This document shows, one piece after another, positions 1-12,630 of a DNA stretch of 64,000 nucleotides; position 1 is the first letter of the stretch, and each line of letters opens with the position of its first letter. A program made the position numbers and the translations under genes. The notes beneath the pieces were generated by a model that did not search any database, was not told the origin of the DNA, and worked only from the letters and a program-made list of their open reading frames with translations. Origin of the DNA: Callorhinchus milii. Its lineage: Eukaryota. The stretch lies in NCBI RefSeq assembly GCF_018977255.1, contig NW_024704742.1, positions 53,446,001-53,510,000 on the forward strand, read 5' to 3'.

Positions 1-342
1 TTTAAAAAAAATACACTTGCGTGGTTAAATGCACAATGGTAGTGATCGAGTTTTGAAGCAGCCTGGAAAGGATGGAAGGTTGGGGGGAAGAGAAAGGAAT
101 AATTTTTCAGAAGTCAGAAGGTGGTCAGCCCCGAACCATCTGTTAAGAAAAAGGCACCAATGACATTTTAACTTAATCTGTTTAGTTTTACAATCACTTT
201 TAGGCCACTATCAGGGATACAATAAGATTCATGCTCTGGATCTCAATTCAGAGAATCAGCATAATTATTATTGGAGGGGTGGTAGCACACAATTTTTTTT
301 AAAAAAAAGAACTGTAACTAAATAACACTGGAAGTTACAATT

Positions 343-640
343 ATAATAATAATAATAATCCTTGCATTTGATATAGTGCTTTTCACGTCTTCTCGACGTC
401 TCAAAGCGCTTCACAGAATATGCTGTAAAGTGAATTGACTGTATATTTGTGGGCGAAACGCAGCAGCCAATTGTACACAAACAGTCATGGATTGAAAATG
501 ACCAATTTATTATTGTTTTGTTTTTTGGAGGGATTATTATTAGGTGTGTGGAGTAAGGAAACTTGCCCAAGGTTTTGCCCTGCCTGGAATTGAACTCGCC
601 TTGCAAGGCGAGTGCTTTAACCACTGAGCCCCAGGACTCC
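343..640 (-). mobile_element. Young tRNA-derived SINE, short variant (SINE2-1_CM-like)
   Basis: Reverse complement starts GGAGTCCTGGGGCTCAGTGGTTAAAGCACTCGCCTTGCAAG (A-box), has a GTTCAATTCC B-box, and ends GCGCTTTGAGACGTC...AAATGCAAGGATT(ATT)n. Closely matches the other copies in the window. Confidence 0.93.
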
Positions 641-1399
641 ACATTAGACATTTAACTATAATGTATCCTTCCAATGTACATGACTGAAAGGCAACCCCAA
701 AACATTATGGTTCTTAAATATTTATTATTTCAATATACATAATCATTATGAGTGCCTGGATAGGCAAAAGACTTAGCAATTCCCGAGGAACACCTCAAAC
801 TAGCAGCTGTGACCAATGCACATCTTGTTCTCTCAGGTTTCACACTTCTCATCCTTCAGAAGCTGTGTGCCTCTGCAGTGTTATCTAATATAATACCAAT
901 TGCAGATGTTCAGTCCCTACTGTCTGCATTCCACTTGAATATCCTTACATGAGATGATAAATTGAAGCCCAGTGCCTATTGACCAGAGTAGCTACATGAA
1001 TATCAACGCCGTCATTCCATCAACTCTGTAATAGCTCCACGTGCTTTAATCCTCCATAGCGAGACCTGTGTTAGAAGTCAATTACTGAGCTTTGTTTCAG
1101 GTTTTGGACCAAATAGTGCATTGTTAATCAATCATCTCTTTTGATGAGGTTCCACAGCAAGACTTTCCATCTCTTTTGTATGGTCACTCCTGCCTGGATT
1201 CTTTTGCTGTTGTTTACACTTTTGCTACCTGCTAACACATCGGGTCATGTTGCACAGTGGCTTAACACAAAATAAATGATGCCATTAACACTTAATAATG
1301 GAAGGAAAGTACCTCCAATACTAGAGCTGTTGGTGCCGAGGTGCTCTTCTGATTACAGCCAAGCAATTGCTTCCAATATGAATCATTTCCTTTGCGAAG

Positions 1400-1545
1400 G
1401 TGCCTCAGAGGGCAAAATTATCAAGTGCCTTCTGAAACTCTAGGTACATAACCTCCACTGTGTTACTATTATTTAGAGATTCTGATAATCCTCAAAGAAT
1501 TCTAATATATTTGTTAGGCTTAAACCAAACTTTCATAAACCTCCC
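1400..1545 (-). mobile_element. Old CR1 LINE RT fragment
   Basis: Minus strand gives LTNILEFFED...VEVMYLEFQKALD across frameshifts, matching the CR1 motif LTNLLEFFE...VYLDFQKAFD. Confidence 0.65.
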
Positions 1546-1554
1546 CCATGGAAT

Positions 1555-1740
1555 GCTGTACACTGTCCGGCACCTTGGGACGTCCTTCCGACGTGAAAGG
1601 CGCTATACAAATGTAATCTTGTTGTTGTTGTTTGAATACAGAAAACACAGTTATTGCACTTTACAGGATAACCTGTGAAGCGCTTTGAGATGTCCTCACA
1701 TCATGAAAAGTACTGTATCAAATGCAAGGATTATTATAAT
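1555..1740 (+). mobile_element. L2 3' tail followed by a SINE 3' tail
   Basis: CTTGGGACGTCCTTCCGACGTGAAAGGCGCTATACAAATGTAATC(TTG)n, then GTGAAGCGCTTTGAGATGTC...AATGCAAGGATTATT. Confidence 0.8.
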
Positions 1741-1814
1741 TTATCCAATTTCCTTCTTCCTCCTTTATCTCAAGAGCTTTCACTTTAACTGAAATTCTCG
1801 TGTAAGCCATATTC

Positions 1815-2215
1815 TTAAGTGCCTTCCGAAAGTCTAGGTGTTACTCTTATTTACTGATTTTGATAATCCTCAGGGAATTCTAATACATTTGTTGGGCACA
1901 TAAACTTGTATTTCATAAACTCATGTTAGTTTGGAATTATTGCCTTTTTACTCTTGTTAAATGCTCTTGAATTGCTTCCCCTACAATGTGTGTCAATGCT
2001 TTTTCTAGTATAGATGTCAAAGTACCAGGCTTTTAATTCCCAGGATCATGTTTCTAACCTTTTTCCCCCAAAATTCAAAAAAATTGGCTATTTTCCAATC
2101 ATCTGGTACTACTCTTCAATTTAATGAGTTGCAAAAACTTTCAGTCACAGCTCTCCCTCACTTCTATCCTAATTTCCTTACTTTTGGATGAATCCCATCT
2201 GGTCTTGTTGGTTCT
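1815..2215 (-). mobile_element. Old CR1 LINE ORF2 fragment (start of RT)
   Basis: Degenerate minus-strand translation PDGIHPKV...VVPDDWKIANF...HDPGN*KP.TLTSILEKAL...IQEHL, corresponding to CR1 GPDGIHP/VPxDWKxAN/DPGNYRPVSLTS. Confidence 0.75.
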
Positions 2216-2245
2216 TTAATATTCAAACACCATTTCATTTCTAAT

Positions 2246-2555
2246 CTCCAGTTCCTCCAGGAACATGGATTACAGCATTCAGCTGTTAGTTTGAGAGAGG
2301 TGAAATGTGGAAATCCTGTCTGCCTGTTTGGGTAACTTTAAAGATCCCATGACAATATTTGAAATGAGAGTTTCTTGACCAACAGTCCTCCAGATAGAAT
2401 TGATCATTCACTTTGAGGCTGTTTGCTGTGTGCAAATCGGTTACTGCATTAGCCAACAAGTACAATCACTGCACTTTGCAGTGAATTCTGTGGGGTGCTT
2501 TTCAGACATTTCAGAGGTATAATAGGAACTGTATTAAACGCAAGGATTATTTTTA
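2246..2555 (+). mobile_element. Degenerate Deu-domain SINE
   Basis: TTTAAAGATCCCATGACAATATTTGAA core plus a GCAAGGATTATT tail; aligns by eye to 39652-40083. Confidence 0.7.
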
Positions 2556-4851
2556 TGCTACTGATGGAAGAAAGAGCTACTCCAGGTAGCTGTGCAGTAG
2601 ATAAGTGAGAACTGAAATGAACAAGTACTCCACTGAGGTAATAATTGTGATACTGTGGCAGTGGGGATCGGCCGGTGGAGAGAGCGGGGTGGGGGTGGCA
2701 GTGGAAATGAGGCCAAGTTTGATTATTGGGGATGTGAGAAAATATGGGAGAATTTCGGGTCTAGATTTTTAACTATTTTCTTATTTTCTATTTTCAATAT
2801 TTCCAGATTGTGTGGAATTTGGGAAATTCTCGATTCCTTCTTATTTTTGAAGCCCATTAACTTTGGACTGCAAAAAATCAACTCCAAAATTACGTCTGAA
2901 TTTACGTAATTGCTTAGAAAAGTAATGTAAGTTTAGATCAAGGTGGAATTTCTACTGCTAACCGATCTGTTATAGCAAATACAGTTGCACCGATTTAGGA
3001 AAAAAAATACAATAGTTAATCTGAATTAAGGGGGAAATATTTTAATCAATAAATATTTGTCAAATTATATGAATGACTCTTAGTTTTTTTCACTTTTCAA
3101 CCAAGTGGAGATATTTTGCTTGCAGCCAGCACCCCATAAAAATTAGGAAATTAAATTCCTCTTGCTATTATTTGTGATTTCGGAGAGTTTAATATGATTT
3201 TATTTGTTTCGTCCTGTTCAGCTGGCCATCTTATTCAGTGTATATTTTCACTTGCAAGCAAATGAAAAATAAATGATTCAGTGCTTGCTATTGCCATTGC
3301 TTTTTGGACACAATATACAGAGTAGTGAAATGTATTCTATTGTGATAGTTAATAGGCGAAAGAATACAAGTTTGGATTCCTGTTGATAACTGTTACTAAT
3401 GCAACCCACACTTATTATTAAGTGGAGTAGAACTATTCTGTTACAATGTGCCATCACTGCATAAAACACAGTCAGGTTTGAATTTGGCTCAATTGCACTG
3501 TGAATTTAAAATGTTGAAGATGAATTCCTGGAAAGTTAGTAATTATTCTAATTATGACTTGTGAATATCTTTTCTCACTCAGCCACTTCTAATCATTTCT
3601 CAGATTAGGAAGAATCACATTTTCCTTTAGGAATGACAATGGGCAAGAGAAACTCGAAAAAATGTGAATTTTATCTGAAGAAAAATATGGCGGAGGTGAA
3701 TTAATTTTTCTTGGAATTTACAGATTTTCTTAGAAAAAGGCTGTTTTCATTCAGTGATCTGGACCCATTTCCCCCTCTGCCTTTTCTTCAATGTTGAAAT
3801 TGAACAGGGAATCTGATTTATGAAGCTCCCCCCCACTGTACCCAGTGTACTGTTAGTTTTTATTTGCCATTTAAATCCTACGAGGGAATCTGTAACATTG
3901 GTATAAGGAAATCAGCCATTAGAACTGCACGTGTCACCTGAAGTTGCAAACCATTCATTTGCAGCTGTAAAAACACAGTGAGCTCATGCTTGATGCCCTT
4001 GTAAGATAGTCCATTATATTTTTGTGGTTTAGTTTGAAATGCACCGTAAAGTATAAAATAACAGACTTGGGTCACGTTAAAAGAATGTTTCATCATCTAA
4101 GTGTACAAACATACCTCACTGTGCAGTGCGTGGTATGTCTCCATGATTTCAGATGCAAACAAATGGAATGAGCTCAATTAAACACTGTAACACTGGTTCA
4201 TTCATACTGCATCGAAAAAGAAAATATTAAGGATGACTTGTGCTGATCAGACCAGCAGTCTTGTGATACAATGCCTGCCCTACACAGTTTTGGTTCCAGG
4301 CTTCAATTCCTGTGGGAACGGTCATTCCAGAAAATATGTTGAATGTTTGATGGATTTTGTCATTTGCCATATAGCAAGCTGTCCTAGGTGAGAAAGTATT
4401 GTTGAAATTTTACCTTTAGTTTTTGGGCCCTAATTTGAAAGGTGGGGACAGGATACAGATGTGAAATACAGTGAACTAAAACGCAACTTGTGGCACAGCA
4501 TCAAAGTGATAATATTGGTGCAGGATATGAAGAAACAAAGCATGAGCTGAGAAATCGACCTAAAGAAGGCATTTGATACGAGACTTGGGGTGAAAATCGT
4601 AATGTTTGATGTCTTAACTTAAACTTAATAATGTTAACAAGTGAACTTATTGTAAATAACATCAACTGATCTCCAAGTGTGCTAGTATTGGATGCCAACC
4701 CCACCCTGACATCCTTTACAATGATGTTAAGCGCTCCAAGATGCTGCCCCACATGAAGGGCGCTATATAAATGCAAGTTGTTGTTGTTGACTTTGCCTTA
4801 ATTAAATTCTTGCCTACCTATACAAAAATGTCATGGTTAAAGTGTTATGCT

Positions 4852-5184
4852 GAGTCCTGTAGCTCTGTGGTTAGAGCACTCGCCTTGCAAGCGAGACACC
4901 TGGGTTCAATTCCAGGCAGGGCGAAACCTTGGGGAAGTTTCTTTACTCCACACGCCTAATAATAATCCCTCCAAAACAAAACAATAATAAATTGGTCATT
5001 TTCAATCCACGACTGTTTGTGGGACACTGCTGTGTACAATTGGCTGCCACGTTTCGCCCACAAATATACAGTCAATTCACTTCACAGCATATTCTGTGAA
5101 GCGCTTTGAGACGTCTAGAAGACATGAAAAGCACTATATCACCATATCACTATATCAAATGCAAGGATTTATTATTTATTATTA
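4852..5184 (+). mobile_element. Young tRNA-derived SINE, short variant
   Basis: GAGTCCTGTAGCTCTGTGGTTAGAGCACTCGCCTTGCAAGCGAGACACCTGGGTTCAATTCC head and (ATT)n tail. Confidence 0.95.
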
Positions 5185-5612
5185 CTGCTGCTAACTGTCC
5201 ACCCAATGCCCTGAGCCAGAGGACCAATGCAAGATGTAGCTGATGGAAATGAACCATTTGTAACCTAATGCACTTGTAACTTAAAGTACTGAGTCATTTA
5301 TTTGCAGTCGTAGAAACAGCACTGTGTATTTCAAAGTAAACTTCCCAAAAATAATGAACTATCTCACAAGGCCACTGAGTATGAGCTCATAGTCAGCCGC
5401 AATGGGAAATGTGGCCATCTTCTGATCACATTATGAAGGATGTTGGGCGATGGGAGCACACCCATTAACAAGTCGGTGTAAATGTAATATTAGATGAAAT
5501 AAGATGAAATAAGATACATAATAACAAAGTAATATTACTGCTTTCATTTGATATATCGCCATTCACATTTGGGAGGACGTTTCAAAGTGCTTCACAGGAT
5601 GTAGTGTAATAT

Positions 5613-6027
5613 GGAGTCCTGTAGCTCAGTGGTTAGAGCACTCGCCTTCCAAGCAAAAAACCTGGGTTTGATTCCCAGCAGGGCAAAATGTTGGGCAGGT
5701 TTGCTTACTCCGCACACCTCTGTTTACCTAGCAGTAAGTAGGAACTCGGTTGTTAGTCTATTGGCGGATTGCATTTTCCTGGTGTAACAATTGCTTCAAA
5801 AGCATAATAATAATAAATTGGTCTTTTCAAATCATGACACTGAATCGAGTGTTTGTGGACACTGCTGTGCGCAATCAGCCAGTACGTTTCGCCCACAAAA
5901 TATTCATTCAATTCACTTTACAGTATATTCTGTGAAGCGCTTTGAGACGTCTCAAAGATGTGATAAGGCACTATATCAAATGCAAGGATTATTATTATTA
6001 TTTATTATTATTTATTATTACTATTAT
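5613..6027 (+). mobile_element. Young tRNA-derived SINE, long variant, nested in an older antisense SINE tail
   Basis: Full tRNA head, the extra ~65-bp segment CTCTGTTTACCTAGCAGTAAGTAGGAAC..., and an (ATT)n tail. The flanks join into a minus-strand SINE tail. Confidence 0.93.
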
Positions 6028-6124
6028 GTGTAGTCACTGTATTTTGTAGGTGATGGAGACAGACTAGTTGGGCAAACAATGTCCTACAACAATGCAATAA
6101 ATGACCAATTTTATCTATCTGACT

Positions 6125-6310
6125 CTTTTGGTGGATGTTAAAAATCCCACTAGTTGAATAGAAACAGGATTTTCTCCCAGCATCCTGGCCAATGGCCTCC
6201 CAGATAAAATTGATCATTTATTTTTTAGGTTGTTTGGGAAACATTGCTGTGCACAAATTGATTGCTGCTTTCACCTATAAATAAACAGTCACTATACTTT
6301 ACAGTAAAAT
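6125..6310 (+). mobile_element. Deu-domain SINE fragment
   Basis: GGTGGATGTTAAAAATCCCACTAGTTGAATAGAAACAGGATTTTCTCCCAGCATCCTGGCCAA. Confidence 0.75.
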
Positions 6311-6779
6311 CTTGTAATCCTTTATTCTTCACAATATAATCCTTGCATTTAATATAGAGGCTAGTCACATTGTTGTATTGAGTATTAAATGCTCAATTAT
6401 AGTATTATTTGTATGATGTAATGACTTGATAATTCTAATTCTATGCTAACTGATTATTGTGGTTCTTGCATTTGTTATGTGATTTCTGCTCAAAGTTGTA
6501 GTATAAATTGGGGCTCTGGTCATTGTGCTGGAACCCTGTCCAGACAACAACTGGAGGAGGTAGTTTGTTTAGGGAGCAGTGTTGTAAAATCAAAGGGAGC
6601 AAATTGTACTGGACTCAGTGTCTTATGGTTCACTTAAAGGTCTTGGATGTGTACTTCATTGCCAGTTCAGGAATTTTGAATGCAGTGTTTTAGTGTTTTT
6701 AATACCAACAAAGACTACACTTGGACTTTCATCCCATCACACAGTGTTAAGATGAACATTGCTAGCCTCCAATTAAATG

Positions 6780-7290
6780 CAATCCAGCATTTTCTGCATA
6801 ACATCTGTTAAGCTAACCGGACTGTAATTCTTAAATTCATGTCTCACTCCTTTGTTGAATACTGGAGAAGCAGATGTTATTCTCTCCTCTGTTGATAGCA
6901 GTTTTACAAAATCTTAATAACATCAACTTGAGTCTCACCAAATTCCTGCTTCATTTCCCTCTAATCCAGATGTCTTGAAGATATTTATTCCCTTGCGTGA
7001 GTTCATAGCAAATGTTTTACTGACCCCTACATATGTTATAGATTCTTGAGCCAAATTAAAAAGATCTGGAAGTTTTTCCCATCTTCATACGTGAAGAGTG
7101 AAGGGAAGAACAAATTTAACACATCTGCTATTTCCTTTTCAACCTTAGTATTTCTACTCAACTTATCCCTTAAATGACCTGTTGGGTCTCTAACACCGTA
7201 ATTACTTCTCACATAGTTGAAATAGGTCTCTGGATTTCTCTTACTGCTCTTTGCAATTAGCCTCTCTATAGCTCTCTCACACATATGGTG
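6780..7290 (-). mobile_element. CR1 LINE ORF2 fragment (region upstream of RT)
   Basis: ORF 7036-7284 SKRNPETYFNYVRS...GHLRD...EIADVLNLFFPSLFTYED matches CR1 KxNPKxFYxYV...AEVLNxFFASVFTxED. Confidence 0.85.
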
Positions 7291-8764
7291 GTTTTAGTTA
7301 TCATCTTTGTATATCCTTGTCCTGAAAATTTTCATTGTTTATTCTGTCACTTTTTTCTCTCAGCCAGATGTGTGACACATGCTGAAACCCATCACCGTGC
7401 TTAAGCGCATCCAAAAAAGACTGAGATTTTATATATATATACTATATGTATAGATATATTTCCCTGAATGGAATATGCGAACTCTTCATTGGATAGAACC
7501 AGGGTGTACATTGAGCTACTGCTAGAATTTAACCAACTAAATCCACGTAGCTTAACATTGAAAGGAAGTGTCACTCTGCTTACCCAACTAGGGTCACACT
7601 AGCTTTTATGGCTTTGGCTTGCAGAGTAAATAAGAACTGAAGAACAAGAGGGAAGATCCCTGTCCCCAATGTAAGGTCTCCCTCTCTACGTCCTACTGAT
7701 GAGCTAGGCGGGTGAATTGTTCTGTGATAGGAAAGCCCTGGCGTACTGTGCATCTCTCATACTCAGGAACTGGTCTACCGAAAGACACATGATTTACTCG
7801 ATTCTGACATTCTGTTGCCAAGCAAGTCAAATTGGATCCAACTAAACTCTAAGGAGATCCCACTTCCGTCCCCCCAAGGAGGAAAGTAAGTCTTAAAAGC
7901 TTGCTTATGCTTAATCTCCTTACTCCTTATGATGAGTCTTTTTACTTTTTCTCATAGGGACATACTTCCTTTCTACATCTTTAAATTTATTCTTTATTTC
8001 TTTCATTCTCTTGCTCAAAGGAAAAGTATTCTTCCCCAACACTCTTTGTACAGCTGCAAACTTTGCGTTCCAAGTTTTAGCCATAATTAAGTCTCATTTG
8101 TGGCCTCAGGATAATATTGGTTATTCATTTCAGGCCAAATTAACCAGAGTGCGACTTGCAAAAATGGCTTCTAACTTCCCTATTAACTCCAGTCACAATC
8201 CATAGTTCATTCCCCTTTTACACCAATTTACTAACAGCAGGAATAATCTTTCATTGTCTATCCTCTGAGAACCCCTCAGAGTTTGGATGTTGCTTCCTGT
8301 TGCCTATACGGTATTGCACTTTAGCCCCTATCAAAAAATTATTGAAAGTGATATGGAATAAAAAAAAGTTGTTGATCATTTACGTTTTATGAACAGGTTT
8401 AAAATCTTGTACATGATGGAACTTAATTTCTCCTGCTTATTTATAATTATAAACACAATTAATTCAGTCCCCCTCCCCCACGTACTCCCTCTGCTCTGCC
8501 ACTTCTAGATTGTTTCATTTCCCTTGTTCTCTGAATTGGTGGGCAAACTTTCAGCCACATTGTCCCTCTTTTCTGGAAGTGTCTCTCCAAATCCCTCCAC
8601 CTCCCCATCCTCCCTATCTCTCACCCATCTTGGGGGCCCGCTCTGTCCTTGTAGGACACTTTGGGACATTCTCCTGTGTGAAAGATGGTATATAAGTAAC
8701 ATTTTTGTTGTTGTTAAATATAAATGTGTTGGTTCAATGATATGCCGACCAATGCAATGAACAA

Positions 8765-9600
8765 TCTCCTGATTGTCTCGCGCCAGCACCTCCCCACCTC
8801 AGGCACTGGCAGTATCAGCATCCACGGATGCACACTCCACCTCACCAAGCCAGTCAGGAACCTAGACGTCTTGTTCGACCCTCAACTGTTCTTTCTCCCC
8901 CACATCCATGACATGACCTGCTCTGCCTTCCCCCACCTCCGCAACATTGCCCGACGTCATCACTGCCTCACCCCTCAGGCCGCCAAAACTCTCATACACG
9001 CCTCCATTACATCCAGGCTCGTCTATGCCAATGCCCTGCTTGTCAGCCTTTCCACCTCTTCCCTCCACAAGCTGCAGATCATCTAGAACTCTGCAGCCCA
9101 TGTCCTCTCCCACACTAGGCTCCATGACCCCATCACCTCCACCCTCGCTCGGCTCCACTGGCTCCCCATTCCTCAGAGGATTGAGTTCAAAATTCTCGTT
9201 CTCGCCTTCAAGGCCCTCCATGGCCTTGCCCCCTCCTACCTCTGTGATCTGCTAACCCCTTATCAACCTGTCCGCTCCCTCCACTCAGCAGGCTCCGGCT
9301 TGCTCCATTTCCCCATCCCATTGGCGGTCGGGCCATCAGCCTCACTGCTTCCACTCTCTGGAACTCTATCCCACATTCGCTTTGTCTTGCTTCCTCCCTT
9401 GTCTCCTTCAAGGCACACCTCAAGACCTTTCTCTTTGACTGTGGCGTCATCCACGCTCCTATCCCCACCCTCCACGCCCTCCAACATCCCTGATCCGAAC
9501 CCAACCCCCCCCCTTCCCCCCAATCCCTGACTGCTCAGAGCCTTGGCATGTCCTCCCAACGTGAAAGACGCTTTGCAAATGTAATTTTGTATTGTATTTG
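8765..9600 (+). mobile_element. L2 LINE, 5'-truncated (ORF2 C-terminus and 3' UTR)
   Basis: KPVRNLDVLFDPQL...[36 protein letters not shown]...LHWLP, followed by the L2 tail. Confidence 0.93.
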
Positions 9601-12267
9601 TATATACTATTTTATATACTATTTTTTAAAGTGATTACATTCCTGTCTATTCAGTACTACTTTAACTGATTAAAAGGGCACAGAATTCTGATGCCCATAT
9701 TAACAAGTACTGTAGATACAGTTTATGTTTCCAATAACTTTCCAAGAATTTGAAGCTCGAATCACAAAATGAAAGATTAAAAAAAACAAACACAATCTAC
9801 ATAGGTTTGGTTGCCAGATTGATTATCTACCATGCTTTGATTCATAATAGAACCAATATAAATTGAAACCATCTGCAACCGATGCTCTTCACAAGGTGTT
9901 TTCCTGGGATTTTCTCAGGTATGAAATGAAAGGCCTTTGGCCAGAATGACAAATCACCTATGATATAACCTCTTGTGAGCACAAGAAACATGTATTCCTA
10001 TTGTGCACAATGAGAGCAATCTGCCATCAGTTCCAGTATTTGATCAATGGACGTGTATAGAGTGGAGTCATACTGCTTAAATCAAGGATCCAGTTTGGAA
10101 CTGATTCAATGATTCCAATGGAAGCACAGACACAGGCATGAATGTCATAACATCAAGTTATGTGCACTCATGTGCACAACATTTCTGCCCATTTCTCAAA
10201 CTCTTTGTGACATTATGGTATTGCAATGTCATATAGCTAGTGGCGAGGCAAGCAAGATCTGTTGAATCGATGTTGCGATGGATATGGTTAAACTGCAGTC
10301 CTGTACATCAATTTGTGTCAGAAACCACCTTCTGGAAATGGTTTGGAGGACGGGCCTGCAAAGCAATTCAATTTCAGAATGTGTAGCGTAATCCGCTCTC
10401 ATATACATATCTTTTAGAATCAATTTGATGTGAAAACCGTATTGAATCAGTGATAAAAGTACATTGTTAAACAGCCACTGGATTGTTCTTGTTATTTAGT
10501 AGTGATTATTTAGAAAGGAAAGAAGCAAAATAGTTCAAGAAAAAGACTGGTAATTATTGTTTTTGTATAACATTCAAACTCCTTATCCTGAAATAACTCT
10601 GTGTCATAAAGCACAACGGTAATAGCCACGTGTGTAGGAGAGGATGTATTTTAGCCTTCCTTAAATTATAGCATAGGTTTTAATTGTGGAATGGATATTA
10701 TTGGACTTAATCATAACCAAGCTGCAATTTAAAAGTATACTAAACTTTTTAAATTCACATGTTCTGAGTTTTGCTTCAATTACAGAATGATTACATTATT
10801 GTTGCTTTCTCTCTGAAGCAGGGCAAAGTAGAGGATGGAAAGAAACATGATCTTCATCCTACGTATCTTTATTCCGTTGCTTGTTTCTGTTATAAAACAG
10901 TTAGATAATATTATACAGCTCTAAATATAGGAACTGAAGAACAATATAGATGTTTGGATGTAAGATTGGGACTATTAGAATTATACATATTTTATTAATC
11001 ATTGAAATTTGCAAGTAATACATTTTCAAAACCTTAGAGAGTACAGTTGTTTATGTAGAGACAAAGAGGCGAGATAGTGAATTGGTCTGTGGGTGAGTTA
11101 TAGTTTAATCTCCCTGCTGGAAATAGATAAAATATTCCACTGACTACTGTCACCTATTTTGTTTATAATTCTTTCTCTGCATCCTTTCTAGCTCATAAGT
11201 GCTTTGTAGTGTAACTATAACTTTAATGAATGTTTTCAAGTTGTCTATTTGGAGAAACTGTTCTATTTTTGTTAAAGCAGATCCCTCAATTATTTTCAAG
11301 TCCAAGTCCATTTCAAACGATAGATTCAAAATACAGCCAATTGCAGGAAGTGGCATTTCCTGGAGAATGGTGCTCTGAGTTTGTATTAGGAAGTGCTACT
11401 AACTATTTCCTTCCTTTCTGTAGTCCATCAGTGTTGTATTTGTTCTGCAAGGAATTATTTTCAACTGTAATGTTTAATAAGTTACATAATCAAACAAGTC
11501 ATGGTGCATACTGTACTGAGTCACATGACATTCAGTAATGCAAAGACAAGTATACAGAAGAGTGTTTTCAGTTAAGTAGCCAATACATATGAGTAGAGTT
11601 CAAATTGCTCCTGGAGAGACAGAGATGTGGTTTAGGAGGAACAGGAGGGTTTGGCTTCAGATAGATCAAGAAAGGGTTAACCCCAAACTGGAGTTTTCAA
11701 AGCTTGTAGAGTGTAGGAGGGAGGAACATCCCTGGACCTGAGATTCTGAGTTATATTAATAGAAAGCGCAATGAGTTTTATATTGAAAACAGTGAGGATT
11801 CAAGAAGATGAAAGAGTGCATCATATGGCATACATAGAGCTCGGGGAAAGCATATGAAGAAAGCTTAGATGAGCAATATTCATACTTGTTTTAATAAATT
11901 AAAGAAAGACAAGAGCAATTTCTAAGGAAACACAGACATTAGAGCCAGAAATCAGAAGTGAGAGAAGTTTTTTCTTGAATCCAACCAATTGTGTGATACA
12001 TAACAAAGGAGCTTGCTAGGGATGAGGTCAGTATTCAAATTATGGATTAACAAAAGGTAAATTAAATGATAAATATTTGGTATGAAAGAGCAAACCAAAC
12101 TTCTTGGTGGCAGCTTTAGAATGAAAGGAACCAGAAGTTCTATTTGATATCCCCAAACATTGACAGCTCCGGTATCTTATCCAAGTGGTAATTTTTCTTG
12201 TGTAAGCCTAGAAGGTTGTGTAAGCCTTTCCATATTGGAAACACACAAAACACACATGTTCTGCTGT

Positions 12268-12630
12268 TAATAATAGTAATAATAATATGAAAAATAATAA
12301 TTTGCATTTGTCTTTCACATCAGTAGGATGTTCCAAATGCTTCACATGATATACTGTAAGTACATTGACTATGTGACTATCTGTTCTGTAGGTAAATGCA
12401 ATAGCCAATTTGCACACAGCAATATCTCACAAACAGCCAGGACACTCACAGAAATTTCCATATCTTTTGGAATAGTGACAACAACAAATACTTGCACTTA
12501 TATAGCACCACACCCCACACCCCCCCCCTTCTATGCATGGTAGGGTCTCAGAACATGACATAGGAGCTTTAACATTCACCTGAACAGGCAGATGTGGCCT
12601 CAGTTCAATATTTCATCCAAGGGATGGCAG
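12268..12630 (-). mobile_element. Degenerate Deu-domain SINE pieces
   Basis: (AAT)n tail and TTTAACATTCACCTGAACAGGCAGATGTGGCCTCAGTTCAATATTTCATCCAAGGGATGGCA. Confidence 0.65.

Noticed and set aside
1150..1240. Myb/SANT (Harbinger-like) remnant on the minus strand (IQKRWKVL)
   Set aside because: Only a few residues match and frameshifts are needed; not supportable by eye.
4852..4925. tRNA gene (Ala-TGC-like) at the SINE heads
   Set aside because: Each head continues into a SINE body and L2-type tail and the acceptor stem is not intact; these are SINEs, not tRNA genes.
7690..7800. Hammerhead ribozyme (CTGATGAG...CGAAA)
   Set aside because: Stem II is mismatched and stems I and III cannot be formed convincingly.
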